Shown one piece after another: positions 37,001 through 51,376 of a DNA stretch of 64,000 nt (its first letter is position 1; each line of letters starts with the position of its first letter). The position numbers were made by a program, and so were the translations under genes. Source of the stretch: Octopus bimaculoides (taxonomy: Eukaryota). The notes under the pieces were generated by a model, which saw only the letters and a program-made list of their open reading frames with translations, searched no databases and was not told where the DNA came from. Location: the NCBI RefSeq assembly GCF_001194135.2, contig NC_068989.1, forward strand, positions 288,833-352,832. The letters run 5' to 3'.

Positions 37001-40000
37001 TACTTACGTACGTACGTTCGTTCGTTCCACCGTTAGACCGTTCGTTCGTTCATTCGTACGTACGTTCGTTCGTTAGTTCGATCGTTCGTTCGTTAGTTCG
37101 ATCGCTCGTTCGTTCTTTCGGTCGTACTTACGTACGTGTGTACGTTCGTTCGTTCGTTCGTTTGTACGTAGGTACGTTCGTTCTTTCGTTCTTTCGTTTG
37201 TTCGTTTATTCGTACTTACGTACGTACGTACGTTCGTTGTTACGTTCGTTCGTTCGTTCGTACGTACGTACGTACATTCATTCGTTCGTACGTACGCACG
37301 TTCGTTCGTTCATTTGGTCGTTCATTCATAGATATGTACATACGCACATACGTACGTGAGTTCGTGAGTTCGTACGTACGTACGCACGTTCGTTCATTCG
37401 TTCGTTTGGTCGATCATTCGTACGTGTGTACGTATGTACATATGGACGTTTGTTCGTACGTACGTTCGTTCATACGTACGATCGTTCGTACGTACGTTCG
37501 TTCGTTCGTACGTAAGTACGTTCTTTCGTTCGTTCGTTCTTTTGTTTGTTTGTTCGTTCGTTCGTTCCTTCGTTCGTTTGTTTCTTTCGTTCGTTCGTTT
37601 GTTCCTTCTTTCGATCTTTCGTTCGTTCGTTTCTTAATTTCGTTCGTTCGTTCGTTCGTACGTACGTACCTTCGTTCTTTGGTTCGTTCGTTGGTTGGTT
37701 GGTTCGTTCATAATTACGTACGTACGTAAGAACGAACGTACGTAGGTAGTCCATACGTACGAACGAACGAACGAATGTACGTACGTATGTATGTATTTAT
37801 GTAGGCAAGAAATAACGAACGAACGAACGAACGAACGAAAGAACGAACGAATGAACGAACAAACGTACGTACGAACGAACGAACGAACAAACTAACGAAT
37901 GAAGGAACGAACGAAGGAAAGAACTAACGAACGAACGAACGTACGTACGAAAGAAAGAAAGAACTAACGAACGAGCGAACGAACGTACGTACGTACGTAC
38001 GAACGAACGAATGAACGAACGTACGTACGAACGAATGAACGAATGTACGTACGAATAAAAGAACGAATGAAAGAAATAACGAACGAACGAACGAACGTAC
38101 ATACGTACGAACGCACGAAGGAACGAACGATCGAACGAACAAAGAAACGAAGGAACGAATGAACGAACGTGTGTTCGTACGTACATAAGTACGAACGACC
38201 GCATGTACAGACGTCCGTACGTACGAACGAACGAACTAGAAAACGAACAAATGAAAGAACGAAAGCACGAACGAACAAAATGAAGGAGAGAACGAACGAA
38301 AGAAGGAACATACGAACGAACGAAAGAAACAAACGAACGAATGAACGTACGTACGTACGACCGAACGAAAGATCGAACGAACGAAATGAAGGAACGAATA
38401 AAAGAACGAAAGAAGGAAGAAACGCACGAAAGAAAGAAACGAACGTACGTACATAAGTACGAGCGATTGAACGAACGAACAAACGTACGAACGAACGAAT
38501 GACCGAAAGAACGTACGTACGTACAAACGAACGAACGAACGAACGAATGAACGAACAAACGAATGAACGTACGTACGTACGAAGGAACGAATGAACAAAC
38601 AAACGAACGATCGAAGAATTGAACGTACGTACGTACGAACGATTGAACGAAAGAACGAACGAACGATCGAACGAAAGCACGTACGAACGATCGAACAATT
38701 GAACGTACGTATGTACGAAGGAACAAACGAACGAAAGAACCAACGTACGTACGAAGGAACGAAAGAATGAACGAACGAACGTACGTACGTACGAATGAAC
38801 GAACGAACGAAAGAACGAATGAACGAACGAACGATCGTACGTAGGAACGTTCGAACATACGAACGAAAGCATGTACATATGTCCGTACGTACGAGCAAAG
38901 GAACGAAATGAAGGAACAAACGAACGTACGTACGTACGAACGTGCGTACGTATGTAAGTACGTACATACGTATGAATAAACGACCAAAGGAACGAGCGAA
39001 TGTGCGTACGTACGAACGAACGTACGAACGACCGACCGACCGAACGAACAGAAGAACGAACGAGCGAAAGAACGTTCGAATGAACGAACGAGCGAGCGAA
39101 CGAATGAAATGGAAGAAGGAACGTACGAACGAGCGTACGTACGAACGAACGAACTAACTAACGATCGAAAGAACGAACGAAAGTACGTACGAACGATCGA
39201 ACCATTGAACGTACGTACGTTCGAAGGAACGAACGAAAGAACGAACATACGTACGAACGAACGTACATACGCAATTACGTACATACGAACGAACGAACGT
39301 ACGTACGTACGAACGAACGAACAAAGGAACGAAAGCATGTTCATCCGTCTGTACGTACAAGCGAACGAACGACCGAATGAACGTACGTACATACGAACCG
39401 ACGATCGTACGTACGAACGAACGGACGAATGAACGAAGGAACGAAATGAAGGAAGGTACAAACGTACGTACGAACGAACGTACGTACGAACAAACGTACG
39501 TATGTATGTACGTACATACGTATGAATGAACGACCAAACGAACGAACGAACGTACGAAGGAACGAACGTACGACCGAACTAATGAATGAATGTACGTACG
39601 TACGTACGAAGGAACGGACGAAGAAACGAACAATTGAACGTACGTACGTACGTATGAACGATCGAACAATTGAACGTACGTACGTACGTACAAATGAACG
39701 AACGAAAGTACGTACAAACGTTCGAACAATTGAACGTACGTACGTACGAAGGAACGTGCGAACGAACGAACGAAAGAATGAACGTACGTACGTTCGTATT
39801 AATGAAAGAACGAACGTACATACGTAATTACGTTCGTATGAACGAACGTACGAATGAACGAACGAACAAACGAACGAACGAACAAACGAACGAAAGCATG
39901 TACATAAGTCCGTACGTACGAGTGAAGGAACGACTGAATGAATGTACGTACATACGAACGAAAGATCGTACGTACGTACGAACGAACGAACGAACGAAAT

Positions 40001-43000
40001 GAAGGAAGGAAGGAACGTACGTATGAACGAACGTACGTACGAACGTACGTACGAAGGAACGTACGTAGTACATACGTATGAATGAACGACCAAAGGAACG
40101 AACGAATGTGCGTACGTACGAACGTACAAACGACCGAACGAACGCACGAACAAATAAAAGATCGAAAGAACGAACGAAGGAACGTATGAGCGACCGAATG
40201 AACGAACGAATATACGTACGTACATACGTTCATACGAATGACCGAACGAACGTACGTACGTACAAATGAATGCACGAAGGAACGAACAATCGAATGAACG
40301 TACGTACGTATGCACGAACGTAGGAACGTGCGTACTTACGTACGTACAAACGAACAAAGAAACGAACGAACTAACGAAAGAACGTACGTAGGTACATATT
40401 TACGTACGAACGAACAGATGAACGATAGCATGTACATACGTCCGTACGTACGAGCGAAGGAACGACCGAATGAACATACGTACATACGAACGAACGAACG
40501 AAAGAACAATTGATCGAACAATTGAATAATCGAACAATTGAACAATCGAACGAACGTACGTACGTGCGAAAGAAGGGACGAACAAACGAACGAAAGAACG
40601 TACGGACGTACGTACTAATGAAATAACGAACGTACGTACGTACGAATGAATGAACGAACGAACGAACGAAAGAACGAACGAACATACGTACGAACGAACG
40701 TACGCATGTACGTACGTACATCCGTATGAATGAACGACCAAACGAACGAACGTACGAACGAACTAGCAAATGAATGTTCGTACGTACGAACGAACGAACA
40801 AACGAACGAAAAAACGGACGTACGTACGAACGATCGAACAATTGAACGTACGTACGTACGTACGAACGAACAAACGAACGAAAGAACTAAAGTACGTACG
40901 AACAATCGAACAATTGAACGTACGTACGTACGAAGGAACGAACGAAAGAATGAACGTACGTACGTACGTACTAATATAAGAACAAACGTACATACGTAAT
41001 TACGTATGTACGAACGAACAAAGTAACGAACTTACGTACGTACGAACGATCGAACGTACGTACGAATGAACGAACAAAAGAACGAACGAATGAACGAACG
41101 TACGTACTTACGAACGAACAAACAAACGAACAAAAGCATGTACATACGTCCGTACGTACGAGTGAAGGAACAACCGAATGAACGTACTTACATACGAACG
41201 AACGAACGTACGTACGCACGATCGAACGAATAAACGAAGGAACGAACGTACGTACGAAGGAACGTACGTATGTACGTGCGTACATACGTATGAATGAACG
41301 ATCAAAGGAACGAACGTACGTACGAAGGAACGTACGTACGAAGGAACGTACGTACGTATTACGTGCGTATATACGTATGAATGAACGACCAAAGGAACGA
41401 ACGAATGTGCGTACGTATGAATGAACGAACGACCGACCGAACGAAAGAACAAAAGAAAGAACAAACGTATGTACATACGTACGTAGGAACGACCGAACGA
41501 ACAAACGAACGAACGAACGTACGTACGTAAGTACGTAAGAACGAACGAACGAACGAACGAACAAGCAAATGATCGAACGAAAGAAAGAACGAACGTACGT
41601 ACGTGCGAATTAACGATCGAACGAACGAACTAACGAACAAATGAACGAACGTACGAACGACCGCATGAACGGAGGAACAATCTACGTACATACGTTCGTA
41701 CGAATGACCGAACGAACGTACGTACGTACGTACAAACGAATGTACGTACAAACGAACAAACGAATGAACGAACACATGAATGAACGTACGTACGTATGTA
41801 CGAACGTAGAAACGTATGTACGTACGTACGTACGAACGAACGAAAGCATGTACATACGTCCGTACGTACGAGCGAAGGGACGACCGAATGAATATACGTA
41901 CATACGAACGAACGAACTAACGAATTACGTACGTACGAATGAACGAACAAACGAACGAACGAACGAACGGACGAACGTACGTACGTACGTACGAACGAAT
42001 GAACAAAGGAACGAAAGCATGTACATACGTCCGTACGTATGAGCGAAGGAACGACCGAATGAACGTACGTACATACGAACGAACGAACGAAGGAACGAAA
42101 TGAAGGAAGGAACAAACGTACGTACGAACGGACGTACATACCTATGAATGAACGACCAAACAAACGAACGAACAAACAAACGAACGAACGTGCGTACGTA
42201 CGAACGTACGAAAGAACGAACTAACGAACGAACGTACGTACGAATGAACGAACGAAAGAACGGACTAACGATCGAACGAACGTACGTACTTACGTACGAA
42301 CGAACGACCGACCGAGCGAAAGAACGAAAGAAAGAACGAACATATGTACATACGTACGTACGAACGACCGAACGAACGAANNNNNNNNNNNNNNNNNNNN
42401 NNNNNNNNNNNNNNNNNNNNNNNNNNNNNNNNNNNNNNNNNNNNNNNNNNNNNNNNNNNNNNNNNNNNNNNNNNNNNNNNACTAACAAACGAACGAAAGA
42501 ACGTACGTACGTAAGTACGACCGAAAGAACGATCGAACGAACGAACGAACGTACGTACGAAAGAACGAAGGACCGACCGAACGAAAGAAAGAACTAAAGA
42601 ACACATGTACATACGTACGTACGAACAACCGAACGAACGAACGAACTAACAAACAAAAGAACGAACGAACGAAAGAACGTACNNNNNNNNNNCGAACGAA
42701 CGAACTAACAAACAAAAGAACGAACGAACGAAAGAACGTACGTACGTACAAACGAACGAACGAACGAATAAATGAACGATCGTACGTGCGTACGTACGTA
42801 CGAATTAACGAACAAACGAATGAACGAACGTACGAACGACCGAATGAACGAACGAACAAACGTACGTACATACGAATGACAGAACGAACGTACAAAAGAA
42901 NNNNNNNNNNNNNNNNNNNACGTATGTACGAATGTAGGAACGCACATCCGTACGTACGTACGAACGAACAGACGAACGAAAGCATGTACATACGTCCGGA

Positions 43001-46000
43001 CGTACGAGCGTAGGGACGACCGAATGAACGAAGGAACGAAATCAAAGAAGGAANNNNNNNNNNTAAATCAAAGAAGGAACGTACGTACGTACGAACGAAC
43101 GAACGTACGTACGAATGAACGTACGTATTTACGTACGTACATACGTACGAATGAACGACCAAACGAACGAACGAAAGAACGAACGTATGTACGAACGATC
43201 GAATAATTGAACGTACGTACGTACGTACGAACGAACGAACTAACGAACGAACGAAAGTACGTACGAACGATCGAACAATTGAACGTACGTACGTACGANN
43301 NNNNNNNNNNNNNNNNNNNNNNNNNNNNNNNNNNNNNNNNNNNNNNNNNNNNNNNNNNNNNNNNNNNNNNNNNNNNNNNNNNNNNNNNNNNNNNNNNNNN
43401 NNNNNNNNNNNNNNNNNNNNNNNNNNNNNNNNNNNNNNNNNNNNNNNTACGTACGTACGTACATACGAACGAACGAACAAAGGAACGAAACATGTACATA
43501 CGTCCGTACGTACGAGCGAAGGAACGACCGAATGAACGTACGTACATACGAACGATCGTACGTACGTACGGACGAACGAAGGAATGAAATGAAGGAAGGA
43601 ACAAACGTACGTACATACGTACGATTGAACGACCAAACGAACGAACGAACGAACGTGCCTACGTACGTACGTACATACGTATGATTGAACGACCAAACGA
43701 ACGAACGTGCCTACGTACGAACGTGCCTACGTACGAACGTACGAAGGAACGAACATACGAACGAACTAACGANNNNNNNNNNNNNNNNNNNNNNNNNNNN
43801 NNNNNNNNNNNNNNNNNNNNNNNNNNNNNNNNNNNNNNNNNNNNNNNNNNNNNNNNNNNNNNNNNNNNNNNNNNNNNNNNNNNNNNNNNNNNNNNNNNNN
43901 NNNNNNNNNNNNNNNNNNNNNNNNNNNNNNNNNNNNNNNNNNNNNNNNNNNNNNNNNNNNNNNNNNNNNNNNNNNNNNNNNNNNNNNNNNNNNNNNNNNN
44001 NNNNNNNNNNNNNNNNNNNNNNNNNNNNNNNNNNNNNNNNNNNNNNNNNNNNNNNNNNNNNNNNNNNNNNNNNNNNNNNNNNNNNNNNNNNNNNNNNNNN
44101 NNNNNNNNNNNNNNNNNNNNNNNNNNNNNNNNNNNNNNNNNNNNNNNNNNNNNNNNNNNNNNNNNNNNNNNNNNNNNNNNNNNNNNNNNNNNNNNNNNNN
44201 NNNNNNNNNNNNNNNNNNNNNNNNNNNNNNNNNNNNNNNNNNNNNNNNNNNNNNNNNNNNNNNNNNNNNNNNNNNNNNNNNNNNNNNNNNNNNNNNNNNN
44301 NNNNNNNNNNNNNNNNNNNNNNNNNNNNNNNNNNNNNNNNNNNNNNNNNNNNNNNNNNNNNNNNNNNNNNNNNNNNNNNNNNNNNNNNNNNNNNNNNNNN
44401 NNNNNNNNNNNNNNNNNNNNNNNNNNNNNNNNNNNNNNNNNNNNNNNNNNNNNNNNNNNNNNNNNNNNNNNNNNNNNNNNNNNNNNNNNNNNNNNNNNNN
44501 NNNNNNNNNNNNNNNNNNNNNNNNNNNNNNNNNNNNNNNNNNNNNNNNNNNNNNNNNNNNNNNNNNNNNNNNNNNNNNNNNNNNNNNNNNNNNNNNNNNN
44601 NNNNNNNNNNNNNNNNNNNNNNNNNNNNNNNNNNNNNNNNNNNNNNNNNNNNNNNNNNNNNNNNNNNNNNNNNNNNNNNNNNNNNNNNNNNNNNNNNNNN
44701 NNNNNNNNNNNNNNNNNNNNNNNGAATGATCTATGTACATAGGAACGAATGAACGAAGGAACGAACGTACTTACGTACGTAAGTACGACCGAAAGAACGA
44801 ACGAACGAACGTACGAGCGTACGTACGAACGAACGAAGGACCGACCGAACGAAAGAACGAAAGAACACATGTACATACGTACGTACGAACAACCGAACGA
44901 ACGTACGAACAAACAAAAGAACGAACGAACGAGAGAACGTACGTACGTACAAACGAACGAACGNNNNNNNNNNGAGAACGTACGTACGTACAAACGAACG
45001 AACGAACGAACAAATGAACGTTCGTACGTACGTACGAATTAACGATCGAACGAACGAATAAACGAACGAACGGCCGAATGAACGAACGAACAAACGTACG
45101 TACATACGTTCGTACGAATGACCAAACGAACGTACAAAAGAACGAACGAACNNNNNNNNNNNNNNNNNNNNNNNNNNNNNNNNNNNNNNNNNNNNNNNNN
45201 NNNNNNNNNNNNNNNNNNNNNNNNNNNNNNNNNNNNNNNNNNNNNNNNNNNGAACGAACGAACGAAATTATGAACCGACGAACGAACATACGTAGGTACG
45301 TACGTACATACATACGAATGAACGAACGAACGAGCGAAAGCATGTACATGCATCCCTACGAACATACTTACGTACAAACGAATGAACGTACGTACGTACG
45401 AAAGAAATGAAGGAACGACCGAACGAACGAAATTATGAACCGACGAACGAACATACGTAGGTACGTACGAACGAACGTACGTACGAAGGAAGGAAAGAAC
45501 GAACGATGGAACGAACGTACGTACGTACGAAGGAAGGAACGAACGAATGTACAAACTTACGTACGTACGTACTAACGAAAGAATGAACGTACATACGTAA
45601 TTACGTAAGTACGAACGAACGAACGATGTAATGAAAGAACGAACTTACGTACGAACGAACGAACGAACGAATGTACGTACGTACAAACGAACGTACGTAC
45701 GAACGAACGTACGTACGAACGAACGAAAGAACGTACGTACGTACGTACATACTAACGAAAGAAGGAACGTACATCAGTAATTGCGTCCGTACGAACGAAC
45801 GAACTTATGTACGTACGAATGAACGAACGAACGAACGACCGAACGAACGAACGAAAGAACGAACAACGCACGTACGTACGAACGTACGAACGATCGAACG
45901 AACGAAGGAACGCATCTACATACGTACGAACGAACGAACGAGCAAATGAACATACTTACGTACGAACGAACGTACAAACGAATGAACGTACGTACGAAAG

Positions 46001-47553
46001 AAATGAACGAACGAACGAACGAACGAAATTATGAACCGACGAACGAACATACGTGTGTACGTACGTACATACATAAGAATGAACGAACGAACGACCGTAC
46101 GAACGAACGTATGTACGTACGAACGAACGAACGAACGAACGAGCGAAAGCATGTACATGCATCCGTACGTACGAGTGAACGAACAACCGAATGAACGTAC
46201 GTACATACAAACGAATGGTCTATGTACATAGGAACGAATGAACGAAGGAAGGAACGTACGTACGAATGAACGACAAATCGAACGAACGAACGTGCGTACG
46301 TACAAACGTACGAAGGAACGAACGTACGAACGAACGAACGAACTAACATAAGAACGAACGTACGTACGAACGAACAAACGAACGTACGTACGTACGAAGG
46401 AAGGAACGAACGAATGTACAAACTTGCGTACGTACGTACTAACGAAAGAACGAACGTACATACGTAATTACGTACGTACGAACGAACGAACGAACAAACG
46501 TACGTACGTACGTACTAACGAAAGAACGAACGTACATCCGTAATTGCGTCCGTACGAACGAACGAACTTATGTACGTACGAATGAACGAACGAACGAACG
46601 ACCGAACGAACGAACGAAAGAATGAACAACGCACGTACGTACGAACGAACGATCGAACGAACGAAGGAACGCATCTACATACGTACGAACGAACGAACGA
46701 GCAAACGAACATACTTACGTACGAACGAACGTGCGAACGTACAAACGAATGAACGTACATTCGTACGAAAGAAATGAAGGAACGAACGAACGAACGAAAT
46801 TATGAACCGACGAACGAACATACGTATGTACGTACGTACATACATACGAATGAACGAACGAACGACCGTACGAACGAACGTATGTACGAACGAACGAACG
46901 AGCGAAAGCATGTACATGCATCCGTACGTACGAGTGAACGAACAACCGAATGAACGTACGTACATACAAACGAATGATCTATGTACATAGGAACGAATGA
47001 ACGAACGTACGTACGAATGAACGACCAATCGAACGAACGAACGTGCGTACGTACGAACGAACGAACGTACGAACGAACGAACGAAAGAACGAACGTACGT
47101 ACGTATGAACGAAGGAAAGAACGAACGATCGAACGAACGTACGTACGTACGAAGGAAGGAACGGACGAATGTACAAACTTACGTACGTACGTACTAACGA
47201 AAGAACGAACGTACATACGAACGAACGAACGAACGAACGAATGAAAGAACGAACGTACGTACGAACGATCGAACGAACGTACGTACGAACGTACGTACGT
47301 ACGTGCGAACGAACGAATGAACGAACGTACGTATGTATGTAGGCACGAAATATCGAACGAACGTACGTACGTATGAACGAACGAACGAACAAACGAATGA
47401 ACGTATGTACGTAAGTACGTCCGAAAGAACGAACGAAGGTACGAATGAACAAACGAATGAACGACCGAACGAAAGAACGAAGGAACGTACGTATATACGT
47501 CCGTATGTATGAACGAACGAACGAACGAACGCACGAACGAATGTACGTACGTC
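31085..47553. repeat. ~16.5-kb complex tetranucleotide satellite (AACG/CGTT mixed with self-complementary TACG), with strand inversions and gaps
   Basis: A-rich on + at ~31085-31310, ~33045-33310, ~37728-47553; T-rich at ~31320-33020, ~33311-37715. Confidence 0.97.
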
Positions 47554-47559
47554 CGACAA

Positions 47560-47715
47560 ACAGCCTCTGCAACTACTGCTATTCCGGTCGTTACTACTAG
47601 TTCTAGGACCAACTATCTCTGCTACTACTACTACTACTTCTGCTACTATTACTACGACCAACAGTCTCTGCTACTGCTGCTAATATGGTCACTACTACTA
47701 CTACTACTACTACTA
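47560..47715. repeat. (CTA)n-derived complex repeat at the right border of the satellite
   Basis: ctactactac runs with a repeated accaac..tctctgctact motif. Confidence 0.8.
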
Positions 47716-48437
47716 GTATATATATATATATATATATTTTTTTTTTAATATATATTATATATATATATATCCATATATATATATCGCCATATATATNNNN
47801 NNNNNNNNNNNNNNNNNNNNNNNNNNNNNNNNNNNNNNNNNNNNNNNNNNNNNNNNNNNNNNNNNNNNNNNNNNNNNNNNNNNNNNNNNNNNNNNNNNNN
47901 NNNNNNNNNNNNNNNNNNNNNNNNNNNNNNNNNNNNNNNNNNNNNNNNNNNNNNNNNNNNNNNNNNNNNNNNNNNNNNNNNNNNNNNNNNNNNNNNNNNN
48001 NNNNNNNNNNNNNNNNNNNNNNNNNNNNNNNNNNNNNNNNNNNNNNNNNNNNNNNNNNNNNNNNNNNNNNNNNNNNNNNNNNNNNNNNNNNNNNNNNNNN
48101 NNNNNNNNNNNNNNNNNNNNNNNNNNNNNNNNNNNNNNNNNNNNNNNNNNNNNNNNNNNNNNNNNNNNNNNNNNNNNNNNNNNNNNNNNNNNNNNNNNNN
48201 NNNNNNNNNNNNNNNNNNNNNNNNNNNNNNNNNNNNNNNNNNNNNNNNNNNNNNNNNNNNNNNNNNNNNNNNNNNNNNNNNNNNNNNNNNNNNNNNNNNN
48301 NNNNNNNNNNNNNNNNNNNNNNNNNNNNNNNNNNNNNNNNNNNNNNNNNNNNNNNNNNNNNNNNNNNNNNNNNNNNNNNNNNNNNNNNNNNNNNNNNNNN
48401 NNNNNNNNNNNNNNNNNNNNNNTATATATATATATAT

Positions 48438-48490
<53 letters not shown>

Positions 48491-48837
48491 CATACACATA
48501 TATATATGTTGAACATTCCAACTCTACAGAAAGAGAGACCCCTGTGCAAAGTGTCCTGCCTATAGGACTGAATCTTGAAGCACACTGCCATGGCTCTACG
48601 AACACATAAATCAACAACATTGAGTCAAGCGTCAGATAACATCGCTTTATTTTCATTAAAATGCCCAAATACAGTGGAATTTAATCCAGTTCTTTTTTTT
48701 TTTAAATCATTGGTTACAGGGATAAAATATCAGCAAAAAATATATATTCTGATAGTATTTCTGGAATCTTTTCACAAAATATAACTGTTAATTCATGGAT
48801 ACAAAAGTATTAGATGAATAATAACAACAACAATAAT

Positions 48838-49065
48838 AGTAATTTCTAATTTTGGCACAAGGCCAGCAATTTTGAGGGGAGGGGATTAGTCGATTACATC
48901 GACACCCCAGTGATCAACTGGTACTTAATTTATTGACTTCAAAAGGATGAAAGGCAAAGTGTGCCATGGCATAATTTGAACTCAGAACATAAAGAGCGGG
49001 AGGAAATGCCACTAAGCATTTGGCCCGACACACTGTTTTGCCAGGTTTTGCCAATAATGATTATG
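48838..49065 (-). mobile_element. tRNA-derived SINE (18271 family)
   Basis: ttttggcacaaggccagcaatttt...ggatgaaaggcaaagt...aatttgaactcagaac. Confidence 0.75.
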
Positions 49066-49470
49066 TATCAAAATCTAAATTTTTATACATAAGGTAAAAA
49101 AAAAATTTTCCTTCTTTTTAAACCAGAGAATTGAATTAAAAATGTTTTGAAAAGAAAAACATAAAAATATCTGAATTATATCAGGAAAGATGCTTACAGA
49201 AAATGCATTTTAAATTCTAATCAAAAGTTAGAATTTGAAAATGTATGCATGGAAGATTTTTTCTAAAAATATAAATCTGTATGCATGTATATGTGCATGT
49301 GCTTGTGTGTACATACGAATATATATGTATGTGTATGTATAGATTATGTATGTATGTATGTATATATGTGTGTTTGTGTGTGTGTGTGTGTATGTATATT
49401 CGTATTTACAGCCTTTCTTATGAATATACAAGTGACCGTCTGCACATGAACAATTGCACATACTTCAATG

Positions 49471-49526
<56 letters not shown>

Positions 49527-51376
49527 AGGCATATAAAGTTCTTCACAGGTTAAAAATCATAGTTATGGCATGGAGCTATTTACATAGAAAAAGAAAAATT
49601 AAAAGAATGGTTATTTTATAAAATAATGTGTGATACACATTCACATCTCACATCCATTTATGATTTCATGAAAACTTTGGTTGGTTAGTCATTTTGTATG
49701 TGTTTTTTTTTTTTTACTGATTTCGCCTTGTTTTTATTTTGGTATAGCAGAGCAAGTATATAAAACAGTGAGTGTAATATAATACCTATACTTATGAAAT
49801 ATGCCATTGTTAAACACATTTTAAGTTTTCCAAAATATCAACTTCATCTTTCACAACAGATTTTCTTCCTTCTATTTCTGACATTCCCTAGTTGTCTTCA
49901 TTTGTAACAGATAGGCATATCCTTTGGTTGTATTGGAAGTAAAAGTTCTGGTGTCTGATTCAAAATCAAGCCAAAGTATAGTATTATGTGTATGAAATTA
50001 AAAAAATAAAAAAACAGAAAAATGGGTTTCTGAAGACAATTAGAGAGCACAACTACTAATCAAAATGATGTTAGACACACACACACACACACACACAAAA
50101 ATTAACAGTTTGGAAATCCCAGGTACTATTATACAATTATTAAAAAAATATTCAATGGCTAATTAAGTGGAGAGGTTTCATTAATAGCACCAAACCACAT
50201 TCTAAATAATGAGCACAAGAAAATCTAGCCAAGACAACTGTTGAATAGAGAGTGGCTGTGAAGCATCACAACTGCTGGCATCAATAGCTATTTACAGAAC
50301 TTTAGTTCTGCGATTCGATGATGTGAGGGCAAGGATTTCTTTAATAATTTGGCTTGGGTAAAAATCAGGTACACAAGAATAAAATATTTAATTCCCTGTA
50401 AGCAACAAATCACTGTTATCGTGACATGCAGTAAGAATTGTAATTTATGATTTTGATTTAAAAAATTGGCCTGTGAAAATTCTATGGTCCCATTTAAAAA
50501 GTATTTTTGAAAAAAAAAATTAAAAATTAGTGAGTAAAAAGAAAAAGGAACAAATAACAACAATAATAGAATAACCCCTCTTTCACTAATTAATCTTAGA
50601 GAAGTAAGAAATTGCACAACCATCTGGAAACTAGTCATTCTTCAAATATGCTAACCCAATTGGCTTCAAACCACTATAGGGTGTGTTTCCCAGAAATCTT
50701 GACATGTTGCTTTCCATTTTCTGTATCTTTCAAACAGACACACACACACACACACACACACCTACTCAAACATATTTCTCTGTGGATGGGTGTATATGTG
50801 TGTATACATATATCACACATAAGCTATTTATATGACATGCACACATATACACTGGCCTCTTATTGCCAGTTTCCATATTATACACACATTCTACCATTAT
50901 ATGCATGAAATCTTACTTTCTGTAATACATTCTCTAGTTTCTTTAGACTATTTCTCTACCTTTCTCAATTTCTTTTCAATATATTTTCTCATTATTTTAT
51001 GTTTCTTCTCTTAATATACTCTTTCTCTAGACTTAGCCTTTTTTTAAAATCCTTTAAAAACACACAAACATGCATACAAACACAATACTTACAAAATTTC
51101 ATCTAGATAACCCCAAATAATAAATGACTATTGTTCTTAATTACAACAATTGTTATTCACAGTCATTAATCACTCAATATTTTAAATAAGGAAAACTGCT
51201 AAGAGTTTCCTCATGAACAAAGTTGACAATTCTGTGGATACAAACAAAATATTCTTAAATACAAAAAATATGAATCACTCAGGCCCTCAGAATAAATTTC
51301 TCTTTCAATTATTGTTAATGTCTCTTCTTTGTAACCATCAGTTTTGGAAGTCTTTCTTGAGAACTTACCAACAAGC

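Noticed and set aside
31059-47661. Dozens of long ORFs (FVRS/RTNE repeats, up to 554 aa)
   Set aside because: AACG/CGTT/TACG tetramers contain no stop codon in any frame, so long ORFs on both strands are expected; no splice or domain support
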